Assembly (NCBI GenBank): GCA_963748015.1
Contig: CAVVHE010000005.1
Span: 480,001-544,000, forward strand
DNA from: Terriglobia bacterium
GTDB taxonomy: Bacteria > Acidobacteriota > Polarisedimenticolia > Polarisedimenticolales > JAIQFR01
DNA length: 64,000 bases
Direction of reading: 5' to 3'
Positions 29,982-40,345 of the stretch are shown piece by piece. A model generated the notes under the pieces. That model did no database searches. It was not told where the DNA came from and saw only the letters and a program-made list of their open reading frames with translations. How positions within the stretch are numbered: position 1 is the stretch's first letter; each line of letters starts with the position of its first letter. A program made the position numbers and the translations under genes.

Positions 29982-31204
29982 ATGCGCATTCTCCACGTAC
30001 TCGACCATTCCGTGCCGCTGCACAGCGGCTACTCGTTCCGCACCCTGGCGATCCTGCGCGAGCAGCGCGCGCTCGGATGGGAGACGATCCACCTCACGGG
30101 CCCGAAGCAGGGGGCCTGCGGCTGCTCTCCTGGAGCAAGCCGAGGGCCTGCCGTTCCACCGCACGAAGCCTCGGCGCGACCTCCTGTCGCGGGTGGCCGG
30201 CGTCCGCGAGCTCCTTCTCATGAGGGATCTCGGACGGCGGATCGCCGAGGTGGCGGACGAGAAGGCCCCGCAGATCCTGCACGCGCACTCTCCGGTGCTC
30301 GACGCCCTCCCGGCGCTACGGGTGGGGCGCCGGCTCGGCCTCCCGGTCGTGTACGAGGTGAGAGCGTTCTGGGAGGACGCCGCGGTCGAGCCACAGGACC
30401 GGCCGGGAGGGGGGCTTCCGCTTCCGCGCGACGCGCGCGATGGAGAGCCACGCCCTTCGCCGCGCCGACGCGGTCACGACGATCTGCGAGGGACTCCGCC
30501 GGGACATGATCTCGCGGGGGATTCCCGAGGAGCGAATCACGGTCATCCCCAACGCGGTAGACGTGACCAAGTTCCGTCTGGGCGGGGAAGCCGACGAGGC
30601 GCTCAAGAGCCGGCTGGGCCTTTCGGGCTCGCGCGTGCTGGGCTTCGTCGGCTCGTTCTACCGGTACGAGGGGCTGGACGTGCTCCTCCGCGCGGTTCCG
30701 GCGATTCTGGCGAAGGCGCCGGACACGAAGGTCCTGCTGGTGGGAGGGGGCGACGAGGAGGCCGCGCTCGCGAGGACGACGGAGCAGCTCGGCCTGGGGG
30801 ACAAGGTGGTGTTCACCGGAAGAGTCCCCCACGACCAGGTCCACCGGTACTACGACCTGATCGACGTGCTGGTGTACCCCCGCGTGTCGATACGCCTCAC
30901 CGAACTGGTCACGCCGCTCAAGCCGCTCGAGGCCATGGCGCAGGGAAGGCTCCTGGCCGCGTCCGACGTGGGCGGCCATCGCGAGCTGATCCGGGACGGG
31001 GAGAACGGGGTCCTGTTCCCGGCCGGAAACCCCGAGGGCCTCGCCGCGGCGGTCGTGTCGCTGCTCGAAGCGAGGGATCGCTGGCCGGCGCTCCGCGCCG
31101 CGGCGCGGAAGTTCGTCGAGACCGAACGCAACTGGCCCGCGAGCGTGGCGCGGTATCGCGAGGTCTACGGCCGGTTGACCGGTCCGGGCAGACGCACCCG
31201 ATGA
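29982..31204 (+). CDS. GT4 glycosyltransferase resembling the exosortase A-associated TIGR04063 family, frameshifted
   Basis: MRILHVLDHSVPLHSGYSFRT; HAHSPVL; YEVRAFWEDAAV; TELVTPLKPLEAMAQG. Confidence 0.85.
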
Positions 31205-32376
31205 ATCTGCTCACTTTCAGCACCCTCTACCCCAACGCCGCCGCCCCCACGCACGGCATCTTCGTCGAGACGAGGCTCCGGTACCTGCTGGCCTCCGGAG
31301 AGGCGGGCTCCACGGTCGTCGCGCCGGTGCCGTGGTTCCCCTCGGGGCATCCCCGGTTCGGACGGTACGCGGCGTACGCCCGCGCGCCGCGCGAGGAGGT
31401 CCGTCACGGGATCCGCGCGCTTCACCCGCGATACGCCGTGATTCCCGCAGTCGGCATGTCGGTCGCGCCGTTCCTGCTGGCCGCGGCCGCCGCGAGAGTC
31501 CTGAGACGGCTCCTCCGGGACGGGTGCCGCTTCGAGATCATCGACGCGCACTACTTCTACCCGGACGGCGTCGCCGCCGTCCTGCTCGGCAGGATGCTGG
31601 GCCGGCCCGTGGTGATCACGGCCCGTGGGACCGACATCAACCTCATCCCAAGGTATCGCCTTCCGCGGGCGATGATCCTGTGGGCCGCGCGGCGCGCGTC
31701 CGGCCTGGTCGCGGTGTGCGCGGCGCTCAAGGAGGAGATGGCGGCCCTGGGCGTGCCGTCGGAGAGGATCGAGGTGCTGCGCAACGGCGTCGATCTCGAG
31801 CGCTTCCGTCCGGTGGACCGGGACACGGAACGCGCGGCCCTTGGGCTCGGCGGCAAAACGCTGCTGTCGGTGGGGCACCTGATCCCCCGGAAGGCCCACG
31901 ACCTCGCGATCGGGAGCCTGCCCCACCTCCCGGAGTTCCGGCTGCTCGTCGCGGGCGAGGGCCCCGAGGAGAAGAGGCTCCGAAGCTTGGCCGCCAGCCT
32001 AGCGGTCGATGACCGGGTGACGTTCCTCGGCGCGGTGCCCCAGGAGCGGCTCGGGCGCTACTACGGCGCTTCGGACGCCCTGATCCTCGCGTCGAGCCGC
32101 GAGGGCTGGGCCAACGTCCTCCTCGAGTCGATGGCGTGCGGGACCCCCGTGGTCGCGAGCAACGTCTGGGGAACTCCCGAAGTCGTCGCCGCGCCGGAGG
32201 CCGGCGTGCTCATGGCGCGGCGCACCGCCGAGGGCGTCGCCGAGGCGGTCCGGGAGCTCTTCTCGAGCTATCCCGACCGGGCGGCGACGAGGCGCTATGC
32301 CGAGCGATTCGACTGGGACGACACCACGGCAGGCCAGTTGAAGCTCTTCGGGCGGGTGCTCGCTTCCCGGGCGTGA
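31201..32376 (+). CDS. GT4 glycosyltransferase (TuaC-like)
   Basis: MNLLTFSTLYP, DAHYFYPDG, TARGTD and SSREGWANVLLESMACG. Confidence 0.9.
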   Translation: MNLLTFSTLYPNAAAPTHGIFVETRLRYLLASGEAGSTVVAPVPWFPSGHPRFGRYAAYARAPREEVRHGIRALHPRYAVIPAVGMSVAPFLLAAAAARVLRRLLRDGCRFEIIDAHYFYPDGVAAVLLGRMLGRPVVITARGTDINLIPRYRLPRAMILWAARRASGLVAVCAALKEEMAALGVPSERIEVLRNGVDLERFRPVDRDTERAALGLGGKTLLSVGHLIPRKAHDLAIGSLPHLPEFRLLVAGEGPEEKRLRSLAASLAVDDRVTFLGAVPQERLGRYYGASDALILASSREGWANVLLESMACGTPVVASNVWGTPEVVAAPEAGVLMARRTAEGVAEAVRELFSSYPDRAATRRYAERFDWDDTTAGQLKLFGRVLASRA

Positions 32377-32383
32377 CGGCACG

Positions 32384-33607
32384 CTAGGCTCCCGTTCCCC
32401 GGCGCCGCGCCGCCTCGCGCACGGCGTCCTCCAGCAGCGCGTCGAGACGCGCCATCTGATCGTCCCAGCGGTGAGTTCGCTCGACGAAGCTCCGCGCGGC
32501 CGCCGAGCACCGCTTCCGGGCGGCGGAATCCTGTAGCAGCGCGATCACTTCGCGCGCGAACGCAGCGGGGTTCGCGGCGGCCCGGATGCCGTCGTCGGCC
32601 GAGGCCCCGAGGCCCTGGAACGACTGCGGCGTTCCGACGACCGGCAGGCCCGCCGCCATCGCCTCGAGGACCTTGTTCTGGACTCCCCTGGCGATCCTGA
32701 GGGGGGCGACGGCGACGCTTGCCCGCCGAAGGTAGGGCAGGACGTCCGGAACGTACCCGGTGACGGTCACGGCGGGGTCTCGCGCGAGCTCCCTCACGGG
32801 ACGGGTCGGGTTGTGGCCGACGATGTAAAAACGGCAGCCCGGGACCGCCTCCCGGATGGCCGGGAAGACATCCTCGCAGAAGTAACGGACGCCGTCCACG
32901 TTCGCGAAGTAGTCCATCGCGCCGGTGAAGACCAGCGAGATTTCCTTGCCACCGGCGCCTTCCGGGCCCGCAGGCGCGAATCGTTCCAGATCGACGCCGT
33001 TGGGAATCACGTCGATCTCGCGGATGCCCGGCACGCGCCGCTTGAGGATCTCCGCTTCCTTTTCGGACACGACGATCGAGCGATCGAAAGAGCGGGCGAT
33101 GTCCTCTTCGTACGAGGCCAGGCGGTCCGCCTCGAGGCGATAGACCCAGGAGAGTGGGAACTTCTGGCGCTCGCCGTAGGCCCGCCACTTCTCCGAATCG
33201 ACGTCCACGAAGTCCATGATCCTGGGAATGCCCTCGACGTCCTTCACGTACTCCGCCATGGCCGACGAGAACACGACGATGGCGTCGGGACGCCGCGCGC
33301 GAATCGCTTCCGCGATCTTCCGCTCGAGGGCGCGGGAGCGGAACGCCAGCACCGACAGCGGCTTCCCGGTCAGAATCCCCATGAGGGCGAGAATCCTCGC
33401 GACCCTCTTGCCGCGGTACACGGCGGAAACGGAGCGGCAGTGGGCGAGAAGCGCGCCCACGTGCTCCCGGTCGTTCTTCTCGTCCAGCATGCACGCCAGG
33501 TCTACCGTGTGCCGCTTCGCGAGATGGACTATCTCGTGGAAGGACCGGATCTTGTCGCCCTTGTCGGGCGGAAACGGGATCCGGTGCGCCAGGAACAGGA
33601 CGTTCAT
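32384..33607 (-). CDS. GT4 sugar transferase resembling PEP-CTERM-associated TIGR03087
   Basis: HRIPFPPDKGDKIRS, DFVDVDSEKW, GAMDYFAN and ARGVQNKVLEAMA. Confidence 0.9.
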   Translation of the reverse strand: MNVLFLAHRIPFPPDKGDKIRSFHEIVHLAKRHTVDLACMLDEKNDREHVGALLAHCRSVSAVYRGKRVARILALMGILTGKPLSVLAFRSRALERKIAEAIRARRPDAIVVFSSAMAEYVKDVEGIPRIMDFVDVDSEKWRAYGERQKFPLSWVYRLEADRLASYEEDIARSFDRSIVVSEKEAEILKRRVPGIREIDVIPNGVDLERFAPAGPEGAGGKEISLVFTGAMDYFANVDGVRYFCEDVFPAIREAVPGCRFYIVGHNPTRPVRELARDPAVTVTGYVPDVLPYLRRASVAVAPLRIARGVQNKVLEAMAAGLPVVGTPQSFQGLGASADDGIRAAANPAAFAREVIALLQDSAARKRCSAAARSFVERTHRWDDQMARLDALLEDAVREAARRRGTGA

Positions 33608-33725
33608 CCGTGGACCTTTCGCGCGCGAGTTTTTTCAGGGGCCGTCGGCGGGCAATTCTCGCATGCCGGGAAGGACGCCGGCAATCGGGCCGCGCCCGGG
33701 GCCCAGGCCAGACGCCGGCGGGATA

Positions 33726-34958
33726 TTAGCGAGAGCGCTCGAACTCGATCGCGCCGAGATCGATCGCCCCCACCGCGGGCCTCCGCGTCGCCCCCGTCTT
33801 GGACACCGGCTGGAGCGCCGGAACGAGGCGGAAGCCGTGCACGCTCCCCGGGTCCTCGCCCGCGTCGATCGCGGGAGAGCCGGACTTGAGGCGGTAGTCG
33901 AAGCCCTTCGGATCGACGAATCGCGGCCTGGAGGAGGTGAGGTTGTGGCTCTCCACGGCGGCCCCCCTCGTCGGCTCCCCGCGCCCGGCGAAGATGTTGT
34001 TGACGACCTTCGCCACGGTGGGCGCGTTCCTCAGGAGAACGAAGACGCCCCCGTTCGGGCGCTCGTTCACGAACGTGTTGTTCACCACGTACACTTCGTT
34101 CACCGGGTACGCCATGCTCTCCGCGGCGTAGGAGAACAGGATGGCATTCTGTGCCTCCGGCCCCTTCTGGATAACGTTGCCGATCAGGTAGACGACGCCT
34201 CCGTCCGGGAACTCCGCCTCGAAGCTCGCCGAGCCTGTGGTCTCGTCCATCAGCCGGTTGTAGAGGACGAAGTTCTCCCGTGCACGGCTCTTGAGGTTGT
34301 GCCCCGTCCTCGTGTGATGGGAGTAGCTGTCGCGGAGGGTGAACGATCGCACCCCCCCGATGTAGATGTTGTGGGTCTGTCCGTCGCCCGTGCCGTTGTT
34401 CGCGAACTCCGAGGACTCGATGAGGAGGTCGCCGTCGTTCGTGCCGACCAGGATGCCGGTCTGGTTGTCGTGGAAGAAGCACTGCCGGACGATCAGGCCT
34501 TCCGCCTCGCCCCTAATCCCAGCGCCGTTGCCGTCGGAGACCGTGGCGCCGGAAAACTCCACGTTCTCGACCGTCGTGTCCTTCCCCCGGATCACCCAGA
34601 TAGCCTTCCCTTCGGCGGCCGCGCCGCCGGCCTTCAGGTGCGGACGGCCGCCGACGCCTCGGATCGTCAAGTGGTCCTTCGTCCAGACTGCCGCGTCCCC
34701 CTCGTACGAGCCGGCCCGGATCTCGATAGTGTCGCCGTCGCGCGCCTCGGCCGCCGCCTGGCTCGGCGACGAGAGCTTCTCGCCGGGCCCGACTCGCAGG
34801 ACGCGCACAGGACGCACGGCGGCGGGTTTCGGCCCCACCGCGGGCGATGCAAGGGAAGTTCCCTGCAGGCAAGCTGCGAGAATCGCGAACGCGACAGAAA
34901 CGAGACTCGTCCTCGCGGAGCACTCCGGAGGCGCCCCGTGACGACGGTCAAGGATCAT
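33726..34958 (-). CDS. Secreted right-handed parallel beta-helix (pectin-lyase-fold) protein
   Basis: Signal peptide; GDTIEIRAGSY, GNGAGIR, HNIYIG, NNTFVN...NNIF repeats; ends DYRL..GSPAIDAG...IDLGAIEF. Confidence 0.85.
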   Translation of the reverse strand: MILDRRHGAPPECSARTSLVSVAFAILAACLQGTSLASPAVGPKPAAVRPVRVLRVGPGEKLSSPSQAAAEARDGDTIEIRAGSYEGDAAVWTKDHLTIRGVGGRPHLKAGGAAAEGKAIWVIRGKDTTVENVEFSGATVSDGNGAGIRGEAEGLIVRQCFFHDNQTGILVGTNDGDLLIESSEFANNGTGDGQTHNIYIGGVRSFTLRDSYSHHTRTGHNLKSRARENFVLYNRLMDETTGSASFEAEFPDGGVVYLIGNVIQKGPEAQNAILFSYAAESMAYPVNEVYVVNNTFVNERPNGGVFVLLRNAPTVAKVVNNIFAGRGEPTRGAAVESHNLTSSRPRFVDPKGFDYRLKSGSPAIDAGEDPGSVHGFRLVPALQPVSKTGATRRPAVGAIDLGAIEFERSR

Positions 34959-35018
34959 GGAATCCCCCCTTCGGCGAGACGGCGCGCGCCGAAGCCGCCG
35001 TGGCCCTCCGACCCGCGT

Positions 35019-37163
35019 CTAGCGGACCCTGACTCCGGTGGGCGCCGCGGGCTTCGTGCCCGGCGTGCCCGGCGTCCGCGGCACGATGGCCCACACCGGA
35101 GCGGTGGTGTAGTCGGGTGTCCCGGCGCTGCGGAACAGGTCCCACTGGGCCTGCGTGGCGTGCCCCGACTCCACGGCGGCGGCCAGCGCCGGCTGCATGT
35201 TGCTGTAGTAGCCCGTCGCCATGTCCGAGTAGGACGCCGGCAGCTGCATCCTCTGGCCGGCGGGACAACTGTTCACGTCGACGGTCGGATGCTTGGCGGC
35301 CATCCAGCCGACGTAGAAGCTCCGATAGCTCGTATACCAGTTGCCACCCCCATCGCGCTTCACGTCGGTCCCGGCGGACAAGTTGTACTCGGTGGCGTAG
35401 ATGTAGCACCACTCCGTCGCCGGGTTCGATCCCATGCGTCCCGCGGTATACCGGTTCAGCCAGTTTCTGAAGGGGGTGGCGTTCGTGAATCCCATGTTCA
35501 CCGCATAACCGATCGTCGCCGTGACGAAGTCGTCCTCCCACGGGTTGTGTGCCGGCTCGTTGTTCCAGTCCGGGAGGACCCCCAGCGTCGAGACAGCGGT
35601 GTTGGAAGGGGAGACCCAGTTGCCTCGGAACGCCATGTTCGCGTTCCATCGGTCGTTGAAATACGTCTTGTAGTTCTCGTTCCCGATGGTGAATCCGTCC
35701 GGAACCGCGTACGCCGCCTGCGCCAGACTCCTCAGCCCCCACGCGAACTGCCGGACCGTCCCGCCGCCCTGCAGGATCCCGTAGTACGGTCCCGTCGCGC
35801 CACCGCTGAAGGAAACGCCATCCCACCTCCGGTAGTCGTAGCCGGTCCAGATCAGGTTCCAATTCGCCATGAACATGAGCTCTTCGAGGAACCTGTAGTC
35901 GCCCGTGAGGAGATAGGCGAGATAACCGATGGAAGGCTGGTGCTCCTGGTCATGCGTGAGCGGGTTGGACGTCGCATCGTTCCCCCTCACGAAACCGCCG
36001 CTCGGGCCTTGGTAGGAAAGCGTCGGATAGGTGACGATCGAGGGCACGCCTCCCTTGCCCGAAGCCTCGTCCCTGTAGTGAAACGCGTAGGACCCCGCGG
36101 CGGACCCGTCGGCGATGAGCGCTTTGTACGCGCGCTCGTCCCCGGAGATGACGTACGCCGCCTCGCGCTCCGTGAGCAGTCCGATGGAGGACTGGTACCC
36201 CGTGGAGGGCCAGTTCGTGCTGTAGTTGCCGTGCGACATTGGCGTGTAGGTCTGCGCGAAACCGTCGAGCAGCGCGGACGAAAGCGTCAGCGTGCCATCG
36301 TAGTTCGGGACGGCGCAGGTGCTCCGGAGGTACTGCGTGTCGTGCCTCACGAACAGGCTCTGGGGCGGACCCCACCAGAACCGCTGGCTCCACCGGGTAT
36401 GGTGGTACTGGACCAGGGTGGAGCTCGTGTACACGGTCGTCGGCGTCGTTCCCGACGTCACGATCACGCTCGTCGGGGAATAGGAAGTCGAACCAGCCAC
36501 CTTGGTCCAGCCGTTCTCGACGATGGCATCGACCCTCGCCCTCCCGTTCCCCTTCGGCGCCCGGATGTGGAAGTAGGCGGCGAGGTGAGGGTGCGCGTTC
36601 CCGCTGCTGTCCTTGAGCGGCGCGCCGACGACCCACTCCATCACGTCCGGGCCCGATAACCACGTCATCGGATTGTCGCCGCTCAGCAGCGTTCGGGCGG
36701 ACGCCGTCCAAGTCGTGCCGCTGATCGTCATGCTCACGTTGGCGTCGAACGCGGCGTTCTGCGAAAGCCAGGTGGACTTGTCGGTCCACGCGCCGCCGGC
36801 GGGCGCGATCGTCGTGCTGGTGATGACGATGGTGGCCGCCGCGCCTCCGCCCATGTTCCCCATGTCCACGGTCACGAGCGCGTGACGCACGGAGCCGTCG
36901 GGATGCGTGGCCTTCACGTCCACCTGAAAGCCGGCCACGGAGGATCCGTCCGGCTTGGTGACGCCGACGTAAGACCCCGAGGGAATGTCTCCCGCTTTGA
37001 ACACGTGTCCGAACGTCGCGATCACGTTACCGGCAGCCCCCTCGTTGGTGATGACGACGCTCGCGATGTTCGAGGCCTCTGCTTCGGCCGGAATCTGAAG
37101 AAAGACCAGCACGCCTATCGCTGCGAACGAGGACAGGCGCAGGGCGCCCCGTATTCTTTTCAC
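35019..37163 (-). CDS. Secreted 714-aa protein, N-terminal beta domain plus alpha/alpha barrel (PcRGLX/YetA-like lyase fold suspected); ends PAAPTGVRVR
   Basis: GTG 37163 with AAGGGAG RBS; signal peptide ...IPAEAEA; ATFGHVFKAGDIP, DGSVRHA, DQEHQP..YLAYLLTGDYRFLEEL and VRQFAWGLR. Confidence 0.8.
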   Translation of the reverse strand: MKRIRGALRLSSFAAIGVLVFLQIPAEAEASNIASVVITNEGAAGNVIATFGHVFKAGDIPSGSYVGVTKPDGSSVAGFQVDVKATHPDGSVRHALVTVDMGNMGGGAAATIVITSTTIAPAGGAWTDKSTWLSQNAAFDANVSMTISGTTWTASARTLLSGDNPMTWLSGPDVMEWVVGAPLKDSSGNAHPHLAAYFHIRAPKGNGRARVDAIVENGWTKVAGSTSYSPTSVIVTSGTTPTTVYTSSTLVQYHHTRWSQRFWWGPPQSLFVRHDTQYLRSTCAVPNYDGTLTLSSALLDGFAQTYTPMSHGNYSTNWPSTGYQSSIGLLTEREAAYVISGDERAYKALIADGSAAGSYAFHYRDEASGKGGVPSIVTYPTLSYQGPSGGFVRGNDATSNPLTHDQEHQPSIGYLAYLLTGDYRFLEELMFMANWNLIWTGYDYRRWDGVSFSGGATGPYYGILQGGGTVRQFAWGLRSLAQAAYAVPDGFTIGNENYKTYFNDRWNANMAFRGNWVSPSNTAVSTLGVLPDWNNEPAHNPWEDDFVTATIGYAVNMGFTNATPFRNWLNRYTAGRMGSNPATEWCYIYATEYNLSAGTDVKRDGGGNWYTSYRSFYVGWMAAKHPTVDVNSCPAGQRMQLPASYSDMATGYYSNMQPALAAAVESGHATQAQWDLFRSAGTPDYTTAPVWAIVPRTPGTPGTKPAAPTGVRVR

Positions 37164-37218
37164 GCATTCACTCCCTTGCCGCTCGAGTGAACTTCGACTG
37201 CAGCCGATCGAATTATAG

Positions 37219-37234
37219 AGCAATAAGAGTGCCA
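37219..37234 (-). promoter_or_regulatory. Sigma54 (-24/-12) promoter
   Basis: Minus strand TGGCAC-TCTTA-TTGCT, near-consensus, intergenic, about 55 nt upstream of the 37163 start. Confidence 0.8.
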
Positions 37235-37360
37235 TTCTGTAATCGAGACGGGATGCACAGGCCCTGGCCCCAAGCTCGATGGAAGCCGGGAGTTGCGAGA
37301 ACGAAATCGTAACGCAGCCTGGCGGCCATGCCGATCCTGCACGCCCTCTCCGGGCAGGTC

Positions 37361-38684
37361 CTATGGGACGGGGACGAGCGGCCGGCTCCGCGCACGGGAC
37401 TCGAGCACCGGGGGCGGGCCTCCCGGGACGAGCTCCGAGGCGCGCTCCTTCAGCACGACGAGCACGGCGATCAGGCTGTAGAACATCTCGAAGTACGCGA
37501 TGTCGAGAAAGGTCCCCGCCGTCAGGTACGCGACCAGCGACGCCTCGACCATGTTCGCGCGATCCGCGAGCAGCTGCACGCCCGCCTCCGCGGCGCGTCG
37601 CCGGATGCGCCGCAGGCTGAAGAAGGAGGATACGAGGAGGCAGATCCAGAGGATCATCCCCGGAAAGCCGTGCTCGCCGAAGATCGTGAGCCACATGCTG
37701 TGGCAGGACCAGAACTTGCCGGGCCAGCGCGCGAGGAATTCGGGGTAGTATTTCCGGTACTGTTTGATCCCGTAGTACTCGAACCCGCCCCCCGTGAGGG
37801 GATGGGCCATGCCGACCCGCTTGCAGAACTCCCAGTTCCAGAACCGGCTCTGCGCGGAATCGTCTTCCTGGTAGTTCTCCAGGGTGTCGTAACGGCCCAC
37901 CACGCGTTCCGGGAGGAGACTGGGCAGGACGGGGAGGGCGAGGAACAGGACGACCGTCGCCACGGCGCCGATCAGGAAGCGGTGCCGGCTCTTGAGGACC
38001 GAAAGGGCCGTCACGAGAGCGAGCGCGATCCACGCGCCCCGCGAGAACGTGCAGACGACGGCGGGATAGGAGAACAGCAGCATCACGCGCACGACGTTTC
38101 GCAGCCAGCGCGACTTCTCGCTCTTCTGGAGGTAGATCAGCAGCGGCACGTTCATGGCGAGCGCCATGCCGATGGCGTTGTTCGCGAAGAGGAAGCTCTC
38201 CTCCGGGCCCCACACCAGGAAGTTCCCGCCGCAGACGACGGCGAAGAAGCCGCCTTTCAGTCCGTGGAATCCGAGCGAGAGCCCGATCACGCGCAGCAGC
38301 CACTGGAGCCGGCTCTCGTTGGTGAGCAGGCTCGTGCAGAGAAAGGGAACGATCAGGATCTTCGAGACGAAGATGAACCGGGCGAGCGCCTTCTCCGGGG
38401 AGATAGCGAACGTCGTGGAGATGGCGAACTGGATCCACAGCCCGATGAGCAGCAGCAGCTCCGCCTGCATCGGGAACTTCTTGCGCTCCGAGGAGAAGAC
38501 GAATCCCAGCACGGTCGCGCCGCCGACCATCATCGAGACCGGGAAGGTGCGGGCGAATGCCCCAGGCGAAGCTCTGCGGGCTGAAGAAGCTGAGCGAAGC
38601 GTAGGCGAGCACCCCGACGACGGGCCGCCTGAGGGCCACGACCGCGCTCGACAGGACGAACAGCAGGACGAAGACGTCTCGCAT
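37361..38684 (-). CDS. O-antigen-ligase-like membrane protein resembling the exosortase A-associated O-glycosylation ligase (frameshift near 38560)
   Basis: MRDVFVLL...SPQSFAWG, then GLKGG, ANNAIGMAL, TFSRGAW, SAQSRFWNW, HPLTGGG and HSMWL..GEHGFPG. Confidence 0.85.
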
Positions 38685-38861
38685 CCGCTCTCGAAGGGGT
38701 GGACGGCCCCGGCCCGCGGCCCCCTTCTTCACGTCCTCTCGGGCGTCGCGAACGATCGGTCCGTCGACACGGGACCCTGCGGAGGAGAGTCGGGATTCGC
38801 CCGGCCTGCGGGGTCGTGAAGCCACGCCCCGAGTATATCCGACAAGGGAGCGTCCGAGCGC

Positions 38862-40252
38862 TCAGCGGGCACGCACGTTGCCCGGGACAGGCGGCGGGCT
38901 TTGCGCGGCCCCGCAAGGCGGCTTGAACGCGGGCCCGACGCTCCATCCCGGATTGGAGCTCCCGTTCCAGGTGTACGCGCCGGCATCGGGCGTGCCTGTT
39001 CGCGAGGTGCAGTTGAAGTCGTCGGCCACGGCGCGGGCGAGGGTTCCGGCGTCGATCGACGGGGAGTCGGCGGACGGATAGACGTTGCGGTTGGCCGCGT
39101 CGACGAAGTCCTGGGCGACCGACCGCCCGGTCCTGTAGCCGCTCGAGGGGAGCGAGGACGTGGACGGGAGGATGACGTTGCCGGTCACGACGACCCCGTC
39201 CACACCCGAGATCGCGTACCCACCGGACCCGCAGTAGACGGCGTTGTTGGCCAGGACCAGGCCCGTCTTGTTGGCCCAGTTGCTCAGCCGCAGGCCGATG
39301 CCCGCCCCCACGATGGTGTTGTGGACGAACTCGAGGTTCTGGGGGGTCACGCCGTTGTGGTCCTGCGAATTGAAGGCATTGGAAGGGCTCGAGAGGATGA
39401 CGTTGTTCCGGATGATCGCGTCGGCGGCGGCCTGGATGCCGGAGTCGCCGCAATTCCACATGACGTTCCGCTCGACGACGTTCCGCGGAGTTCCCTCGGT
39501 GCCGTAGAGCAGGATGCAGGGATAGTGGGTGTCGTAGATCACGTTGTCCCGCACGACGTTCGAGTGCGAGCCTTTCTTGATCTCGATGCCGTCCCCCTGC
39601 GACGCACCGAGCGTGTTGTAGACCAGATTTCCCTCGATGAGGGAGTCCGACACGGCGCACGTTCCGTCGTTGCAGCCGACGTACATTCCCTCTCCGGTGG
39701 CGGCGGTCGAACCCGTGCCGTGGATGCGATTCCGCCGGACCGTAATGTGGTGCATGCTGCTGCGGAAGTTGATCCCGACGTCCACGTCGTGGATGTCGAG
39801 GTCCTCGAGCGTGACGTACGCGGGGTTGCTGTTCATGTTGATCCCGTCCCCGCCGTTGCTCGAGATCTCGAGGCCCGGTGATCGGAAAGGTACGTGGCGC
39901 CCTCGATGTTGATCGTGTTCTGCACTTCGTCAACGGCGCGTCGCGTGATGAGGGGCCGGGTCTCCCCCGGCGCGCCCTGGACCACTACCGGGGCGCTCGC
40001 GGTGCCCTTCACTCCGACCGAGATCCTCCCGCTGTCCGCATACGTTCCCTGATGCACGATGAGCACGTCGCCCGGCGCCAGGGACTCCACCGCGGCCTCG
40101 AAGCCGGCGCCGTCGCGAATCTCCTTGGTGGCGGCGGACGAGGAGGCGGAGCCCGCCAAGAGGGCGAGCGCGATCACCGATGCGGCGGCCGCGACGGAAT
40201 GGGCCGGGTACCTGCGGGCCGGCTCGCCCGGGAGGGACCTGCCGACACTCAT
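38862..40252 (-). CDS. Secreted right-handed beta-helix protein (frameshift near 39880); ends PPVPGNVRAR
   Basis: ATG 40252 with RBS; signal peptide; PGDVLIVHQGTY, GEGMYVG, GDGIEIK, asparagine-ladder repeats, and SPSIDAG...PDAGAY. Confidence 0.85.
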
Positions 40253-40283
40253 GCCAACCCCCTTCTTCCCCTGCTTCGAGTCT

Positions 40284-40299
40284 AGCAATTCGCGGGCCA
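40284..40299 (-). promoter_or_regulatory. Sigma54 (-24/-12) promoter
   Basis: Minus strand TGGCCCG-CGAA-TTGCT in a short intergenic gap, about 32 nt upstream of ATG 40252. Confidence 0.7.
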
Positions 40300-40345
40300 C
40301 GGCGCCCTGGCCGGGTCGGGGCGCGACCCCCAATCCCGCGAGCGG

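Noticed and set aside
33726..33800. C-terminus of the first beta-helix protein as another docking tail
   Set aside because: It ends IDLGAIEFERSR, the common D-x-GA-x-E ending of beta-helix proteins, and does not match P-x-x-P-x-x-V-R.
33216..36659. 1147-aa plus-strand ORF and many other long Arg/Gly/Pro-rich ORFs (e.g. 59..1456, 49367..51262, 56325..58340)
   Set aside because: These are antisense or off-frame shadows of real genes in high-GC DNA, with no recognisable motifs.
35019..38825. 1268-aa ORF suggesting a ligase-secreted protein fusion
   Set aside because: This is an artefact. The O-ligase N-terminus is frameshifted into this frame and followed by off-frame junk. The real secreted gene has its own promoter, RBS and signal peptide at 37163.
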